From assembly GCF_006345805.1 (NCBI RefSeq), contig NC_043004.1, forward strand, positions 102,114,001-102,178,000: a stretch of DNA of 64,000 nucleotides, in the 5' to 3' direction. The notes under the pieces are model-generated. The model had not been told where the DNA came from, did no database searches, and was given only the letters and a program-made list of their open reading frames with translations. This document shows, piece after piece, positions 25,251 through 38,494 of the stretch (positions are counted from its first letter, which is position 1; each line of letters begins with the position of its first letter). The DNA comes from Octopus sinensis (taxonomy: Eukaryota). A program made the position numbers and the translations under genes.

Positions 25251-25550
25251 TTGTTGTTGTTTGTTCCTTCTCAAGCCATCCCTGGCTCATAGGGCCGATT
25301 TCCCAGTTTCTTTGGCGTATAGGTTCCGCACTTGGACGAGACGCCGGTCCGTCACAGGTGAGCTGCAAGATGCAGGAGGAAAGAGAGAGAGAGAAAGTTG
25401 TGGCGAAAGAGTCAGCAGAAGTTTCGCCTTTACCTTCTGCCGGCGCTTAGGTGTTTCGCTCATAAACACACACATCGCCCGGTCTGAGATTCGAACCCGC
25501 GTTCCCTCGACCGCGAGTCCGCTGCTCTAACCACTAGGCCATGTGCCTCC
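25251..25550 (-). mobile_element. tRNA-derived SINE family D (V-domain-like core)
   Basis: Reverse complement head GGAGGCACATGGCCTAGTGGTTAGAGCAGCGGAC..GGGTTCGAATCTC; core CCTGTGACGGACCGGCGTCTCGTCC; (AAC)n tail. Confidence 0.7.
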
Positions 25551-26229
25551 ACCTCCGTAATTTAGCGGTTTGATATAATGAGACAGTTTCAAATGAGAAC
25601 AAACACATGAATCGGGATCGATGTGACTGACTAAACCTCTGAAACCGGTATTTCATCAGGACTGCAACTAAATGACAGCAAAACCAGTAGAAGGATAAAA
25701 GAACAAAAAAATATCCAAAAATCTCATTTGTATCCTTCAACCAAGAAAGTAGGATCAAATAATATAAGACATCAATTACTTCGACATATCTTCAATTTGA
25801 AAAACCTAAAGAAATTACGCTTGCCAGGCATTTTATCAATCTCAGATTTAGTCGTTGGTGCAATCGCATTCAAAATCGTAGCTTCGTATTTTGCCCATAT
25901 TGGGCAAAATTCTGACACAAAATGTTTTGAGACCCAGAAGTGCTAGCTTCGTTATTTCTCACAAGCAACAAAACACTGGACGTATGTCTTTCCGACTGTA
26001 AATAATCTTTAATATACCATCTGCCACAATGAGTCACAGAGAACTCCGCAAAACTCTTTCTTTTTTTCAAACATAAAGAGTTTCTTTTATAACGCCTCGC
26101 GCCCTTGTTAAACCAGGATAAAGTGCATAAAGACGCAATCTTTTCTAGATTTCACAGACACACACACACGCGCACACACACACACACACATACACACATA
26201 CACGCACACAAAACATACGCAGATAAAAT

Positions 26230-26830
26230 TTCAAACAGGTCGGAACGCCAGGACAGCTTTGCTAAACCATGACAAACCTGGTCAAAAAAGGACGTATAGT
26301 AACCGTGTGTGTGTGTGTGTGTGTGAAAGAAATGCTGGGAAGAACTTTTTTTATTAATCGACACAGCTTGTTCAAATTGCGCATGTTGGGCCGAACACGC
26401 GGAAATCGTAGAGCACCAGATCTGGGTTATTCACCTGATGAAGAACTACTGAGCAGCCGTTTTTACCGATTGCCTGATTTGCTGCCAACGATGCTTCCGG
26501 TGATGCGTTGCCATGGTGAACGTGCATCGTTTTCAGAGTCTTGTTCAGTCTTTTCCTACTAGGGTTTTTTTTTAAGTATCTCAGTGTTAAGCTCGTTGTT
26601 AACGGTAAAGTTACCTTCTAAGAAAATCAGGGTGAACGACGTCCTTGTCATCCCCCCAAAAACAGTCACTTTGACTTCCTGTACTGATTGCTGATTCTTG
26701 ACATTCTTAAGCCTTGAAGAAGAGGTATGCCGCTGTTTCATGAACTGAGTCATTGTTTCCGGATCGTAAAGATACGCCATCGCTTCATCTCATATCACTG
26801 GATCAGAAATTACCTTAACGGAAAAAACCT
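26230..26830 (-). mobile_element. mariner transposase remnant
   Basis: DEAMAYLYDPETMTQ..KVTVFGG..FLEGNFTVN; downstream HHGNA and PDL-like motifs. Confidence 0.8.
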
Positions 26831-26970
26831 TCGTTGGCTTCAAACGCTTCCGACAAATCAGAGCAAACTTCTACCCTTCTCGCCTTCAATTTGGGTCCCA
26901 ACTGCTGAAGTACCCATTTTGCACCCTTTTGCACCCACTTCCCGATACTCTTCCACCATCCATTGTAACC

Positions 26971-27200
26971 TATTTCTTTACTACCCACAAGGGGCTAAAC
27001 ACAGAGGGGACGAACAAGGACAGACAAACGGATTAAGTCGATCATATCGACCCCAGTGCGTAACTGGTACTTATTTAATCGACCCGGAAAGGATGAAAGG
27101 TAAAGTCGACCTCGGCGGAATTTGAACTCAGAACGTAACGGCAGACGAAATACCGCTAAGCATTTCGCCCGGCGCGCTAACGTTTCTGCCAACTCGCCAC
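26971..27200 (-). mobile_element. SINE family B with TSD
   Basis: Full-length match; CATCCATTGTAA on both sides. Confidence 0.9.
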
Positions 27201-27403
27201 CATCCATTGTAATCACAGTCCACTTGTGCTTCAGGCTCACGGATTGTGACTCGTCTGTCCATACAAATTAATTCGTTCACTCACTGACGAGTCATGTCAG
27301 TGGTTGCAGTTGATGGTCTCCCACTGCGTGGTTTACCTTCAGCGATGGTTTCTCCTTTAAATTTCTTTAGCCATCAGTGAATGTTTAATAGAATCTGTTC
27401 ATA

Positions 27404-27735
27404 GTGTTTTATAAACACATTCTACCAGTATACGAAGTTTAAAAGTGTTTAGTTAACTAGAAATTGTGTTGAAAACTGCCGTTCAAAAGGTAAAAGATCC
27501 CACGGCTCACATCCTCCATGATTTCTAGATGTCCCGGTTTAAGTTGTTCTATAAGCAGGCTGAAATGTTCATTCGGCCTACTATTATTGCTAACAGATCA
27601 ATCGACAGAGACGTTCTGTCTGGTAAATTAAATGCCATTGAACAACCCAAAAATTCATAGAGACAAATCGAAGACCATTGAATATTAGAAATTGTGCATA
27701 CTAACGCTGTCTGTATGAATCTAGATTTTTGACCT
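27404..27735. repeat. copy of the F1 right terminus plus its downstream flank
   Basis: Matches ~19338-19655, including GATCC|CACGGCTC. Confidence 0.85.
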
Positions 27736-27791
27736 CCTTCAATCTGGAATAACAAAAGACGGCAGATCAGTTTATTAGATGTATAGTAGGA

Positions 27792-28084
27792 GCACTCCGT
27801 CGGTTACGACGACGAGGGTCCCAGCTGATGCGATCAACGGAACAGCCTGAGCAATCCACAGACACACGTACCCTTAACGTAGTTCTTTAGGGAGATTCAG
27901 TTTGACACAGAGCGTGACTAGGCCGGCCCTTTGAAATACAGGTACAACTCATTTTTGCCAGCGACTGAACTGGAGCAACGTGAAATAAAGTGTCTGGCTC
28001 AAGGACACAACGCATCGCCGGGAATCGAACTCACGACCTTACAACCGTGAGCCAAATGCCCTAACCACTAAGCCACGCGCCTTC
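27792..28084 (-). mobile_element. tRNA-derived SINE family C
   Basis: Reverse complement matches 44687-44989; GCGCGTGGCTTAGTGGTTAGGG..GAGTTCGATTCC head. Confidence 0.85.
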
Positions 28085-28521
28085 ACTAATATGGTGATTA
28101 TATACTAAGACCACATTCTGCGCTCAATGATATGTCTGTTATTCGCGTCCTTCCTCAACAGTGCTACCATTCCTCTGCTTTTCGAGCGACTTGTGTCTGT
28201 TAAAAAAAAACTATACCCACTTTTGTATTAGCTTCGATAGAAAGCTCGGGTGTGTATGTGCCTGTAAGTGTCTTCTACTAAAGCAAGCCTCGGATCGACC
28301 AAACCCTTGTGAATGGATTTTGTAGATGGAAACTGGAGGAAGCCCGTCGTATATATATATATATATATGTATATATTATATGTAGAAAAATACAAACTGG
28401 GACAAGAACGTAAAACATTTTGAAGACGATACAAAAACACGGACAGGACATTCGAAGCCTTCAATCTTCAGTCAAGAACCGGATCATCCTTGCAATTTCG
28501 GCTGATTATATATATATATAC

Positions 28522-28554
<33 letters not shown>

Positions 28555-28589
28555 TGTATGTATGTATGTATGTATGTATGTATCTATGT

Positions 28590-28798
28590 ATGTATGTATT
28601 TGTGTATGTGTGTATGTGTTTGTCCCCCCTCCCTGCCATCGCTTGACACTCGATACTGGTGTGTTTATGCCCCCATAATATAGCGGTTCGGCAAAAAAGA
28701 CCGATAGAATAAGTACTAGGCTTACAAAGTATTAGTTCTGGGGTCGATTTCTTCGACTAACACACTTTAAGGTAGTACTCCAGCATGGCCGTAGTCAA
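28590..28798 (+). mobile_element. SINE family A 3' half (diverged)
   Basis: GCGGTTCGGCAAAAAAGACCGATAGAATAAGTACT..CCAGCATGGCC. Confidence 0.75.
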
Positions 28799-28799
28799 A

Positions 28800-30208
28800 C
28801 GATAAATAGACAGACAAACAGACAGACACACAGACAGACACACAGACAGACAAGCAGACAGACAGACAGATACATACATACATACATACATACATACATA
28901 CATACATACATACATACATGCATGCGTGCATGCATACATACAAACATACATACATACATACAAACATACATACATACATGCATACATACATACAAACATA
29001 CATACATACATACATACATACATACATACATACATACATACATCATACTAACATACATACATACATACAAACACGCATACTTACATACATACATAAATAC
29101 ATACATACATACATACATACTAACATACATACATACAAACATACATACATACATACATACATACATACATCATACTAACATACATACATACATACAAACA
29201 CGCATACTACATCATACATAAATACATACATACATACATACTAACATAATACATACAAACATACATACATACATACATACATACAAACATACATACGTAC
29301 GTACGTACATACATACATACATACAAACATACATACATACATACATACATACATACATACATACATACATACTAACATACATACATACATACATACATAC
29401 ATACATACATACATACATACATACATACATACATACTAACATACATACATACATACATACATACATACATACAAACATACAAACATACATACATACATAC
29501 ATACATACAACATAAACATAACAACATACATACATACATACATACATACATACATACTAACTACATACATACATACATACATACATACTACATACATAAC
29601 ATACATACTAACATACATACATACATACATACATACATACATACATACATACAAACATACATACATACATACATACATACATACATACATACATACATAC
29701 ATACATACATACGCACCATACAAACATACATACAAACATACATACAAACATACATACATACATACATACAAACATACATACATACATACATACATACTAA
29801 CATACATACATACATACATACATACATACATACATACATACATACATACGTACATACATACAAACATACATACAAACATACATACAAACATACATACAAA
29901 CATACATACGTACGTACGTACATACATACATACATACATATATACATACATACGTACGTACATACATACATACACACAAACATACAAACATACATACATA
30001 CATACATACAACATACATACATACACACAAACATACATACATACATACATACAAACATACATACAAACATACATACATACATACAAACATACATACAAAC
30101 ATACATACATACATACATACATACATACATACATACAAACATACATACAAACATACATACATACATACATACATACATACATACATACATACATACATAC
30201 ATACATAC
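28800..30208. repeat. ~1.4-kb (CAGA)n then (CATA)n microsatellite with variant units
   Basis: Direct reading. Confidence 0.95.
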
Positions 30209-30884
30209 TTGCATGTTTCAATAATTATTTTGTGCACGTGCCTCGCAATTTCCGATATTTTCAGGTGAAATGAAATGTAAAGTTGTGACATTCATTCATT
30301 TTGTGAATAAAGTTTTTTGAGAGATATTTGTGGGGGAGCAAAAAAAAAGGGGGCAAAGGCGAAATGAACGACAACAATGTTAAGTGAAACGGCTCCAAGC
30401 GTCTTGACTGGCCGGAAGCCCAACTCTTCTTATTCCATAACTCTCGTCGTCATATTCTGGGAACGGTGTATAATCGCTCTTTCGTACAGACTACAACTTC
30501 CTTGTAAACTAACCAACCCTCACCAGCCTCACTCTGCCTTGTAAGCATTCAACGTAATACACACACACACACGCTCATGTTACATTAGCACGCAATGACC
30601 GCAGTGCACTCCCTCCTCCCTCCTCCCCTCCCCACCTCAACTCCCCCTCCCGATTATAATAGTGTTCTGTTTGTAATTCATCATAAAACAACATAGCGTA
30701 AGCAGCAACAACAAAAACAAAAACCATCACCAATACCACCACCACCAACAACAACAACAGAACCAACTACTACTACAACTACTATTACTACCACCACCAC
30801 CACCTCCACCACCACTCCACCACCACTCCACCACCACCATCTGACCCCGATATTTTGAGGGGAAAATGACTTTTTTACGTGTTT

Positions 30885-30953
30885 ATTATTATCATTATTA
30901 TTATAATTATCAATTATTATTATTATTATCATCATCATCATCATCACCATCAC

Positions 30954-31020
<67 letters not shown>

Positions 31021-31021
31021 G

Positions 31022-31068
<47 letters not shown>

Positions 31069-31088
31069 TTCATCATCATCATCATCAC
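30885..31088. repeat. (ATT)n/(ATC)n microsatellite
   Basis: Direct reading. Confidence 0.9.
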
Positions 31089-31749
31089 TAATTCATGTTT
31101 ATATATTTCATTTATTCATTTGATACACTTGTACACAACCATCCACACACATACGCATGCATACACAACCACACACTCATACACATTCATGCACACACAC
31201 TCCCATACACCCAGATACACACATATAAGCATGTACGTAAATGTGTGTGTGTGTGTGTGTGTGCTTGGATGTACAAATGCGATGAGGAAGTACTCAATAC
31301 ATATTATTCAAATTGTTCGTTTCCTCAGAGTAAAAGTATGTAGAGCAACGAAACAGCACAAGACTTCTACTTTGGCAACGAAGTGCCATAAGACTTCTAC
31401 TTTGACTTGCACCTTGTACCGTTCCGTAAAAAGTCCGTTCTTTTGACTGTAACTTCAAGATAAGTTTTGGCACTGACTATGTTCTCAGGAGAAGTTGCAC
31501 AGGACACTATAGTATATGACAGAGGTCAGCAATAGCAAGGCCCGAGTCACATGTGGGTGATCGAGGCGTTCTCTGTGGGTCTCAGACTTTTTCTAAAATA
31601 ATTTTCAATTTAATGTATTTGTGGGGCATTGAACAGCTGCTTGCCATGCATAGTCTTTTGTATTACAATTTGTTAAATTCTTGCTTTCATAAGCATTGTC
31701 GGTGATGCAAATGGGCAGAGGGATACAAAAGAAAATTTTTATATATAAG

Positions 31750-32108
31750 ACTAGCACTGACCCGGCAACGCCGGGTCATAGTGCTAGTGCATGCATATAC
31801 AGCTGCGTGCGCGCATACACGCGAGTACTGTCCAAATCTCCGACCAATCACATACAGCTAGCTGGCATTCAATTGGCGTATCAAGTTTTGGGCATCTTGA
31901 TTGGGTTTTGGATAGAAAATTCACAAAAAAGTCACATCTATTGATTTTTTTAATGGGTTTGTGGGGTGACTGGGAAAATGTAAAGATGTGAACGACCACT
32001 CTTGGACGGTTTTGAATGATCATAGAAGGTGCGAGCTCTCTAACTAAAAAATTGTGGATTTGTATAAAGGACACACACACAGACATTTTGCCGTTTATAT
32101 ATATAGAG
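31750..32108 (+). mobile_element. non-autonomous Helitron-like element with terminal hairpin
   Basis: ACTAGCACT-GACCCGGC-AAC-GCCGGGTC-AT-AGTGCTAGT at the 5' end; ..ACAGACATTTTGCCGTTTATATATATAGAG at the 3' end. Confidence 0.65.
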
Positions 32109-32231
32109 ACAAAATATAGCGAATAAAGGGTTCAACGTTGGTTCTATGTCAGCGTGTGTATATAAGAATTTTTGCGTAATAAGACAGAAGAAACAAGGCT
32201 GTGCAGATATTAGAGCATTTATAGATAGAAG

Positions 32232-32283
32232 GTCTTACAGCTGATTCTAGGATATTTCTTAATCATATCCCTTCATCGGAGAC
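32232..32283 (-). ncRNA. minimal hammerhead, CAGCTG family (mutated)
   Basis: Reverse complement GTCT-CCGATGA-AGGGATAT..ATATCCTA-GAAT-CAGCTG-TA-AGAC. Confidence 0.5.
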
Positions 32284-32328
32284 GGTATGAGAGGATAGTT
32301 AAGTCATAGTTAACTATCCTCTCACACC

Positions 32329-32380
32329 GTCTCTGATGAAGGGATATAATTAATAAATATCCTAGAAACAGCTGTAAGAC
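32329..32380 (+). ncRNA. minimal type I hammerhead, CAGCTG family
   Basis: GTCT-CTGATGA-AGGGATAT..ATATCCTA-GAAA-CAGCTG-TA-AGAC; palindromic helix III ACAGCTGT. Confidence 0.7.
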
Positions 32381-32635
32381 CTTCTATCTATAAATGCTCT
32401 AATATCTGCACAGCCTTGGTTTTTTATCTTATTACGCAAAAAAATTCTAAGATAAAATATATTAATATGTGTAGGCCATAGTATTTTTAATGGATATATA
32501 TATATATATATCCATTGGATACCATTTATCGACACTCACCATTTCTTTCTACTTTTACTTTCTCATCCTATTATTCTTTCTGCCATCACACACACTCTCA
32601 TACACACTCTCTCTTTCTCTCTCCCTCTTTCTCCT

Positions 32636-32704
<69 letters not shown>

Positions 32705-32935
32705 CACATATATATATTCATGTTTGGATTAACTTTATATATATATATATATATATATACAAATAAGAAAATGGAGGAACAGATTCCTTTCAATCATCAA
32801 CTTACAGATATTACCAATTCATATAATTTATTAACTGATTAAATAGGAACATCCAAATTCAACAGAATAAAACAGAATAAAACAATATACATCAATAAGT
32901 AAGATAATACCATAAAAATAATACATATAAAATGG

Positions 32936-33062
32936 ATCTTACAGCTGTTTCAGCCTGTAGATAAAGATATCTCATTGTGCCTATATTAGTCAGATGTATT
33001 AGGTAATATGCAGTTAAAAATGAGTTACTTATATATATATATCTCAAGGCCTCGTCAGAGAT
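32936..33062 (-). ncRNA. minimal hammerhead with ~90-nt insert in helix II
   Basis: Reverse complement ATCT-CTGACGA-GGCCT..AGGCT-GAAA-CAGCTG-TA-AGAT. Confidence 0.6.
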
Positions 33063-33300
33063 TATAAAGTACAATTATGAAGATATCCTCCATTTTCTTA
33101 TTTGTATTATGATTTTGAGGTAAAACATTTTACCTTCGCCCATCTAATACAATAAATGAACTAATTGCATTGCAATTGTAAGCATTTATGTATTAGCCTT
33201 TTGGGTACTTCACTGGCAGTATATTGGATAACTGATATCCCATAGTGGGTTACACTCATAACCCCTATCTCACTTTGTACTTATATATATACATATATAT

Positions 33301-33705
33301 ACTTTTACTTTACTTTACTTTTACTTGTTTCAGTCATTTGACTGCGGCCATGCTGGAGCACCGCCTTTAGTCGAGCAAATCGACACCGGGACTTATTCTT
33401 TGTAAGCCCAGTACTTATTCTATCGGTCTCTTTTTGCCTAACCGCTAAGTGACGGGGACGTAAACACACCAGCATCGGTTGTCAAGCAATGCTAGGGGGA
33501 CAAACACAGACACACACACACATACATATATATATATACATACGACAGGCTTCTTTCAGTTTCCGTCTACCAAATCCACTCACAAGGCTTTGGTCGGCCC
33601 GAGGCTATAGTAGAAGACACTTGCCCAAGATGCCACGCAGTGGGACTGAACCCGGAACCATGTGGTTGGTTAGCAAGCTACTTACCACACAGCCACTCCT
33701 GCGCC
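33301..33705 (-). mobile_element. SINE family A
   Basis: Full-length match. Confidence 0.9.
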
Positions 33706-33718
33706 TTATATATATATA

Positions 33719-34568
33719 CAGGGTGATTGAAAAGTAACTCTCTATTTTAAAATACTTATATTTTATTTATTAACAATAACTTTTAGAAAAAATGACTATG
33801 TGAAGAAAGCATGGAGTTTTATTTAAAATTCGATACAGGCATCAGCATTCGCCACCAGCTTCTCAAGCCGCCCGAGAACCGCATCAACTGATTTCATCAA
33901 GAACCCTTATGGGATGGAAGACATAACTTCTCCTATTCGTCCTTCAAGTTCTTTCAAAGTCGTTGGTTTGGTAGAGTAGACTTGCTCCTTTAACCAACGC
34001 CAAAGAAAAATGTTGCTGGATGTTAAATCAGGGCTTCTGGCCGACCAATCATGCGGACCTCGATGTCCCATCTATCTCCCTGGGAAGCGGACATTCAGCC
34101 ATCCACGAACAACAAAAGCAGATTGTGGAGGAACGCCATATTGCATAAAAATCAAATCTTCAATATTCTCCCATGTACTGATAACTGGCCAGATTTCATC
34201 TTGCAGCATTCATGGTATTGCAAAGGATGAAATCATTCCACACCATACCGTTACCTTGGGCCGATTCTGCATTTTTTTTTTCAAAGGTAGTACAAGAATC
34301 TTCTGCCCAGTAGTGGCAGTTGTGACGATTGACAAATCCACAGATGTGGAATACTGCTTCATCGCGCCAGACGATATTTTTGAAGAGATCAGACCATGTT
34401 CGTAGGGCTTCTAAATTTCAAACAAAATAATCGATCTGTAAAAGCAACAACAACAGAGTTAATTCTCATACATTAAAGAACATACATAACAATTTGAGAA
34501 AAAAGAATTATAGTTAATAAATAAATTTTAAATATTTTAAAATAGCGAGTTACTTTTCAATTACCCTG
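33719..34568 (-). mobile_element. internally deleted Tc1/mariner element (maT/DD37D-like)
   Basis: TIRs CAGGGTGATTGAAAAGTAAC..GTTACTTTTCAATTACCCTG; translation FMQYGVPP..GWLNVRFPGR.MGHRGPHDWSARSPDLT..LKEQVYSTKPTTLKELE. Confidence 0.85.
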
Positions 34569-34575
34569 TGTGTGC

Positions 34576-34632
<57 letters not shown>

Positions 34633-34660
34633 GTTTATGTGTGTGTGTGCGTATGTATAT

Positions 34661-35066
34661 ACTCTTTTACTCTTTTACTTGTTTCAGTCATTTGACTGCG
34701 GCCATGCTGGAGCACCGCCTTTAGTCGAGCAAATCAACCCCGGGACTTATTCTTTGGAAGCCCAGTACTTATTATATCGGTCTCTTTTGCCGAACCGCTA
34801 AGTGACGGGGACGTAAACACACCAGCATCGGTTGTCAAGCAATGCTAGGGGGACAAACACAGACACATAAACACACACACGCATACATATATAATACATA
34901 CATACGACAGGCTTCTTTCAGTTTCCGTCTACCAAATCCACTCACAAAGCATTGGTCGGCCCGGGCTATAGCAGAAGACACTTGCCCAAGGTGCCACGCA
35001 GTGGGACTGAACCCGGAACCATGTGGTTGGTTAGCAAGCTACTTACCAGACAGCCACTCCTGCGCC
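34661..35066 (-). mobile_element. SINE family A (tandem duplicate 1)
   Basis: Shares private variants with the next copy. Confidence 0.9.
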
Positions 35067-35077
35067 TATATCTATAT

Positions 35078-35123
<46 letters not shown>

Positions 35124-35151
35124 GTTTATGTGTGTGTGTGCGTATGTATAT

Positions 35152-35558
35152 ACTCTTTTACTCTTTTACTTGTTTCAGTCATTTGACTGCGGCCATGCTG
35201 GAGCACCGCCTTTAGTCGAGCAAATCAACCCCGGGACTTATTCTTTGGAAGCCCAGTACTTATTCTATCGGTCTCTTTTGCCGAACCGCTAAGTGACGGG
35301 GACGTAAACACACCAGCATCGGTTGTCAAGCAATGCTAGGGGGACAAACACAGACACATAAACACACACACGCATACATATATATATACATACATACGAC
35401 AGGCTTCTTTCAGTTTCTGTCTACCAAATCCACTCACAAAGCATTGGTCGGCCCGGGCTATAGCAGAAGACACTTGCCCAAGGTGCCACGCAGTGGGACT
35501 GAACCCGGAACCATGTGGTTGGTTAGCAAGCTACTTACCAGACAGCCACTCCTGCGCC
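35152..35558 (-). mobile_element. SINE family A (tandem duplicate 2)
   Basis: 491-bp period duplication including the flank. Confidence 0.9.
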
Positions 35559-35562
35559 TATA

Positions 35563-35697
<135 letters not shown>

Positions 35698-35963
35698 GAT
35701 AGATAGATAGACGGACAAACAGACACTCACGACGGACTTCTTTTAGTTGCCAAAATTCCCCCACAAGGTTTGCTCACCCTGGTACTATAGCAGAAGACAC
35801 ACATCCAAGGTGCTATGCAGTGGGACTGAACCTGCAAGCCTCTTACTTCATCCCCCGATATAATAAGTTATCAGGATTATACCTAACTGGAATATGTCTC
35901 TATATTAAAATCTGTACCGTGGTTATATAATCACATCTTTAACAACATTAATTTATGCATCAA

Positions 35964-36172
35964 GGCGGCGAGCTGGTAGAAACGTTTGCACGCCGGGTGA
36001 AATGCTTAGCGTTATTTCCTCTGTCTTTACGCTCTGAGTTCAAATTCCGCCGAGGTCGACTTTGCTTTTCATCCTTTCGGGGTCGATAAATTAAGTACCA
36101 GTTGCGTACTGGAGTCGATCTAATCGACTGGCTCCCTCCCCCAAAATTTCTAGCCTTGTGCCTAGAGTACAA
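35964..36172 (+). mobile_element. SINE family B
   Basis: Head and core match. Confidence 0.85.
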
Positions 36173-36559
36173 AAGAACCTGAATTATACATCAGATACCA
36201 TCTTTCGACGGTTTATCATCCACACATTTCTTTCTACATTTACTTTCTTATCCTATCATATTTCCACTATCACACACACGCTACATCTTTCCTCATTTAA
36301 GTCGTGGACTATACCGTTCTCTCTGTGTAGTTGCTGCTTTTCTACTTTCAACTGCTACAATATCTGTTACTAACAAATACGTAAATGTTATTATACACTC
36401 AATAGAGACATTTATTAATATCAAAGAATTACAAGACTCTAACCTTCAAAAAGTTTCCTCTGATTTCAACGCACTTCTAGTGCTCCGCCTACTTCACGGA
36501 GACCCCCATTGAAGTTCTCCAAAGTTAAGGTATCTAAGACCATTGTCAGTCTCCATCAT

Positions 36560-37130
36560 TCAGCTTGGGGAATAACCGAAAGTCACAGGGAGCCTCTGTC
36601 AAGTAGTTACTTACTAGGATGGAATTATGAACTGGTGCATCATCCTGGTGCAGGTACTCTGGCCTGCCGCGACAAAATCTCTCCCTTAGAACCTCCACAG
36701 AGTACGCTTTGTTGACCGTCTGGCTAAGAAGAACCCAATGGATTTAGATTATGCGCTCGCAGTCGAAAAACGGGTATCATCATCAGGGGCGGACCCAAGG
36801 CGAAGGGGTATGAGGGGCACGTCCACCCCACCTCAAGAAAAGAGGTGCGTCCTTCTAAATAATGTTATTACGCCCTTTTCTCCTGAAATTGTATTCCCTT
36901 CTGACCTTGTGTCCTCTCTTCGAAAAATTCCTGGGGCCGCGCCTGATCATGAGTTTCTTGGTGAACTTGCTTTGCCTGGCCTTTTGCTCCAGCGAAAAAC
37001 ATCCTCGGCTCATACAAATTAAATACATAACCAGTATTGAGTATTTCATAAGTTTCTGTGGCATTTTGCCTCAAGTTTTATTAAATATTTCACAAGCATC
37101 TGTGGCAGTTTATCTCAAAACTTTATTGCA
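36560..37130 (-). mobile_element. mariner remnant interrupted by a hAT MITE
   Basis: KARQSKFTKKLMI | IHWVLLSQTVNKAYSVEVL..LHQDDAPVH..APCDFRLFPKL. Confidence 0.75.
36784..36945. mobile_element. hAT MITE
   Basis: TIRs CAGGGGCGGACCC..GGGGCCGCGCCTG; partial TSD ATCATCAT/ATCATGAG; homologous to 53053-53170. Confidence 0.8.
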
Positions 37131-37432
37131 TAGAGAGCTCCGAAATTGTCTTCGCGCCCCCAACTGACTTCTGCAAAGAAATCAGCTGTGACAAGTAGTG
37201 TTTAGTAGGGTGTGTCCATGGCGCTGTTATAACCGATTCCTTCAATCTGGAATAACAAAAACTCGTAGGTCAGCTTATGAGATGTATACTAATAATATAC
37301 TAAAGTTACAATAATCTAAGACTGCTATAACTACTTCTCCTTAGAAAATATTCTCAAAACTTCTGGTATGTAGCTTGTACAATATACAACGCGACAAAGA
37401 ATAAATAACATCAGCTTAACTGTTTATTTATT

Positions 37433-37802
37433 ACGAGCAGTATCGCCCGGCGTTGCTCGGGTTTGTAAGGGAAATAACTATATAAGCATTTTTAGAGATG
37501 TAAAGTATAATAGCCATCTCAATGTGGCTAACCACAAAGGGGGATGTTACTGTAGCTTTTTACGTTCTGAGATTTAATAATACATTTTTAGAGAGTTACT
37601 GCCCTTATATAATAGCAAAAAAATGCATTAAAAAATGGGAAAAAATTATGGTAAATTATTTTTTAAATCGTAGACTCATCGTAGACGCGCGCTAATACCC
37701 AGAAGGGCTCGATATGAATCACGACTATAAGATACCCGGTTTTGGTTAAACTGCATCGCAATCTAAATCGTAGGAGACAACTTCACTTTTATATATAAAG
37801 AT
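37433..37802 (+). mobile_element. non-autonomous Helitron-like element
   Basis: Second copy of 17474-17777. Confidence 0.7.
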
Positions 37803-37891
37803 TTCCATTTCTTAACACTTTTAACATACTATGTTGTTCATCGTCAAGAATCAAAGTCAGCCTGATATCAATATATATGTATATTTTATAA

Positions 37892-38100
37892 GGCGGCGAG
37901 CTGGCAGAATCGTTAGTACGCCTGGCAAAATGCTAAGCGGCTTACTGTCCGTCTGCACATTCTGAGTTCAAATTCTGCCGAGGTTGACCTTGTCTTTCAT
38001 CCTTTCGGGGTCGATAAAACAAGTACCAGTTGAGCACAATGGGCTATGTAACCAACTTAGTTCCTTCCCCGAAATTGCTGGTCTTGTGCCAAAATTTGAA
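37892..38100 (+). mobile_element. SINE family B
   Basis: Head and core match. Confidence 0.85.
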
Positions 38101-38494
38101 TCCAGTATATGTATATATTTACGTATGTAAAATATATTTACGCAAATGTAATAAAAAGACACAGACATTTTCCGTCATACAAAAAACATTCTTCTACATG
38201 TGCGAGGCAGATAATCACTGATGTCGCTGTCTATAAGAAACTGGTTCTTGAGATTATCTCCCCTTCCCATATGGAGCTGATCTCAGTTGCCACCTGGTTA
38301 CTGTGTAACATAGAAGCAATGATAATTTTAATAAAATCAAGAATTTATGTTGTATGGCATTTGATACACCTCTGTGCTACTGACCACTGAGTTATCTCCC
38401 TTAACTCATTTTTGTTCAAGTCATACAAATTACTTTGGCTATAAATGTGTTCTCTTTTTTGTATATGTCCAAGTCCTTTGACTGCAAGAGAACC

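Larger units (their letters stand above)
32165..32448. repeat. 284-bp fold-back of two inverted hammerhead-bearing units
   Basis: Arms nearly identical; 7-nt loop at 32303-32309. Confidence 0.9.
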
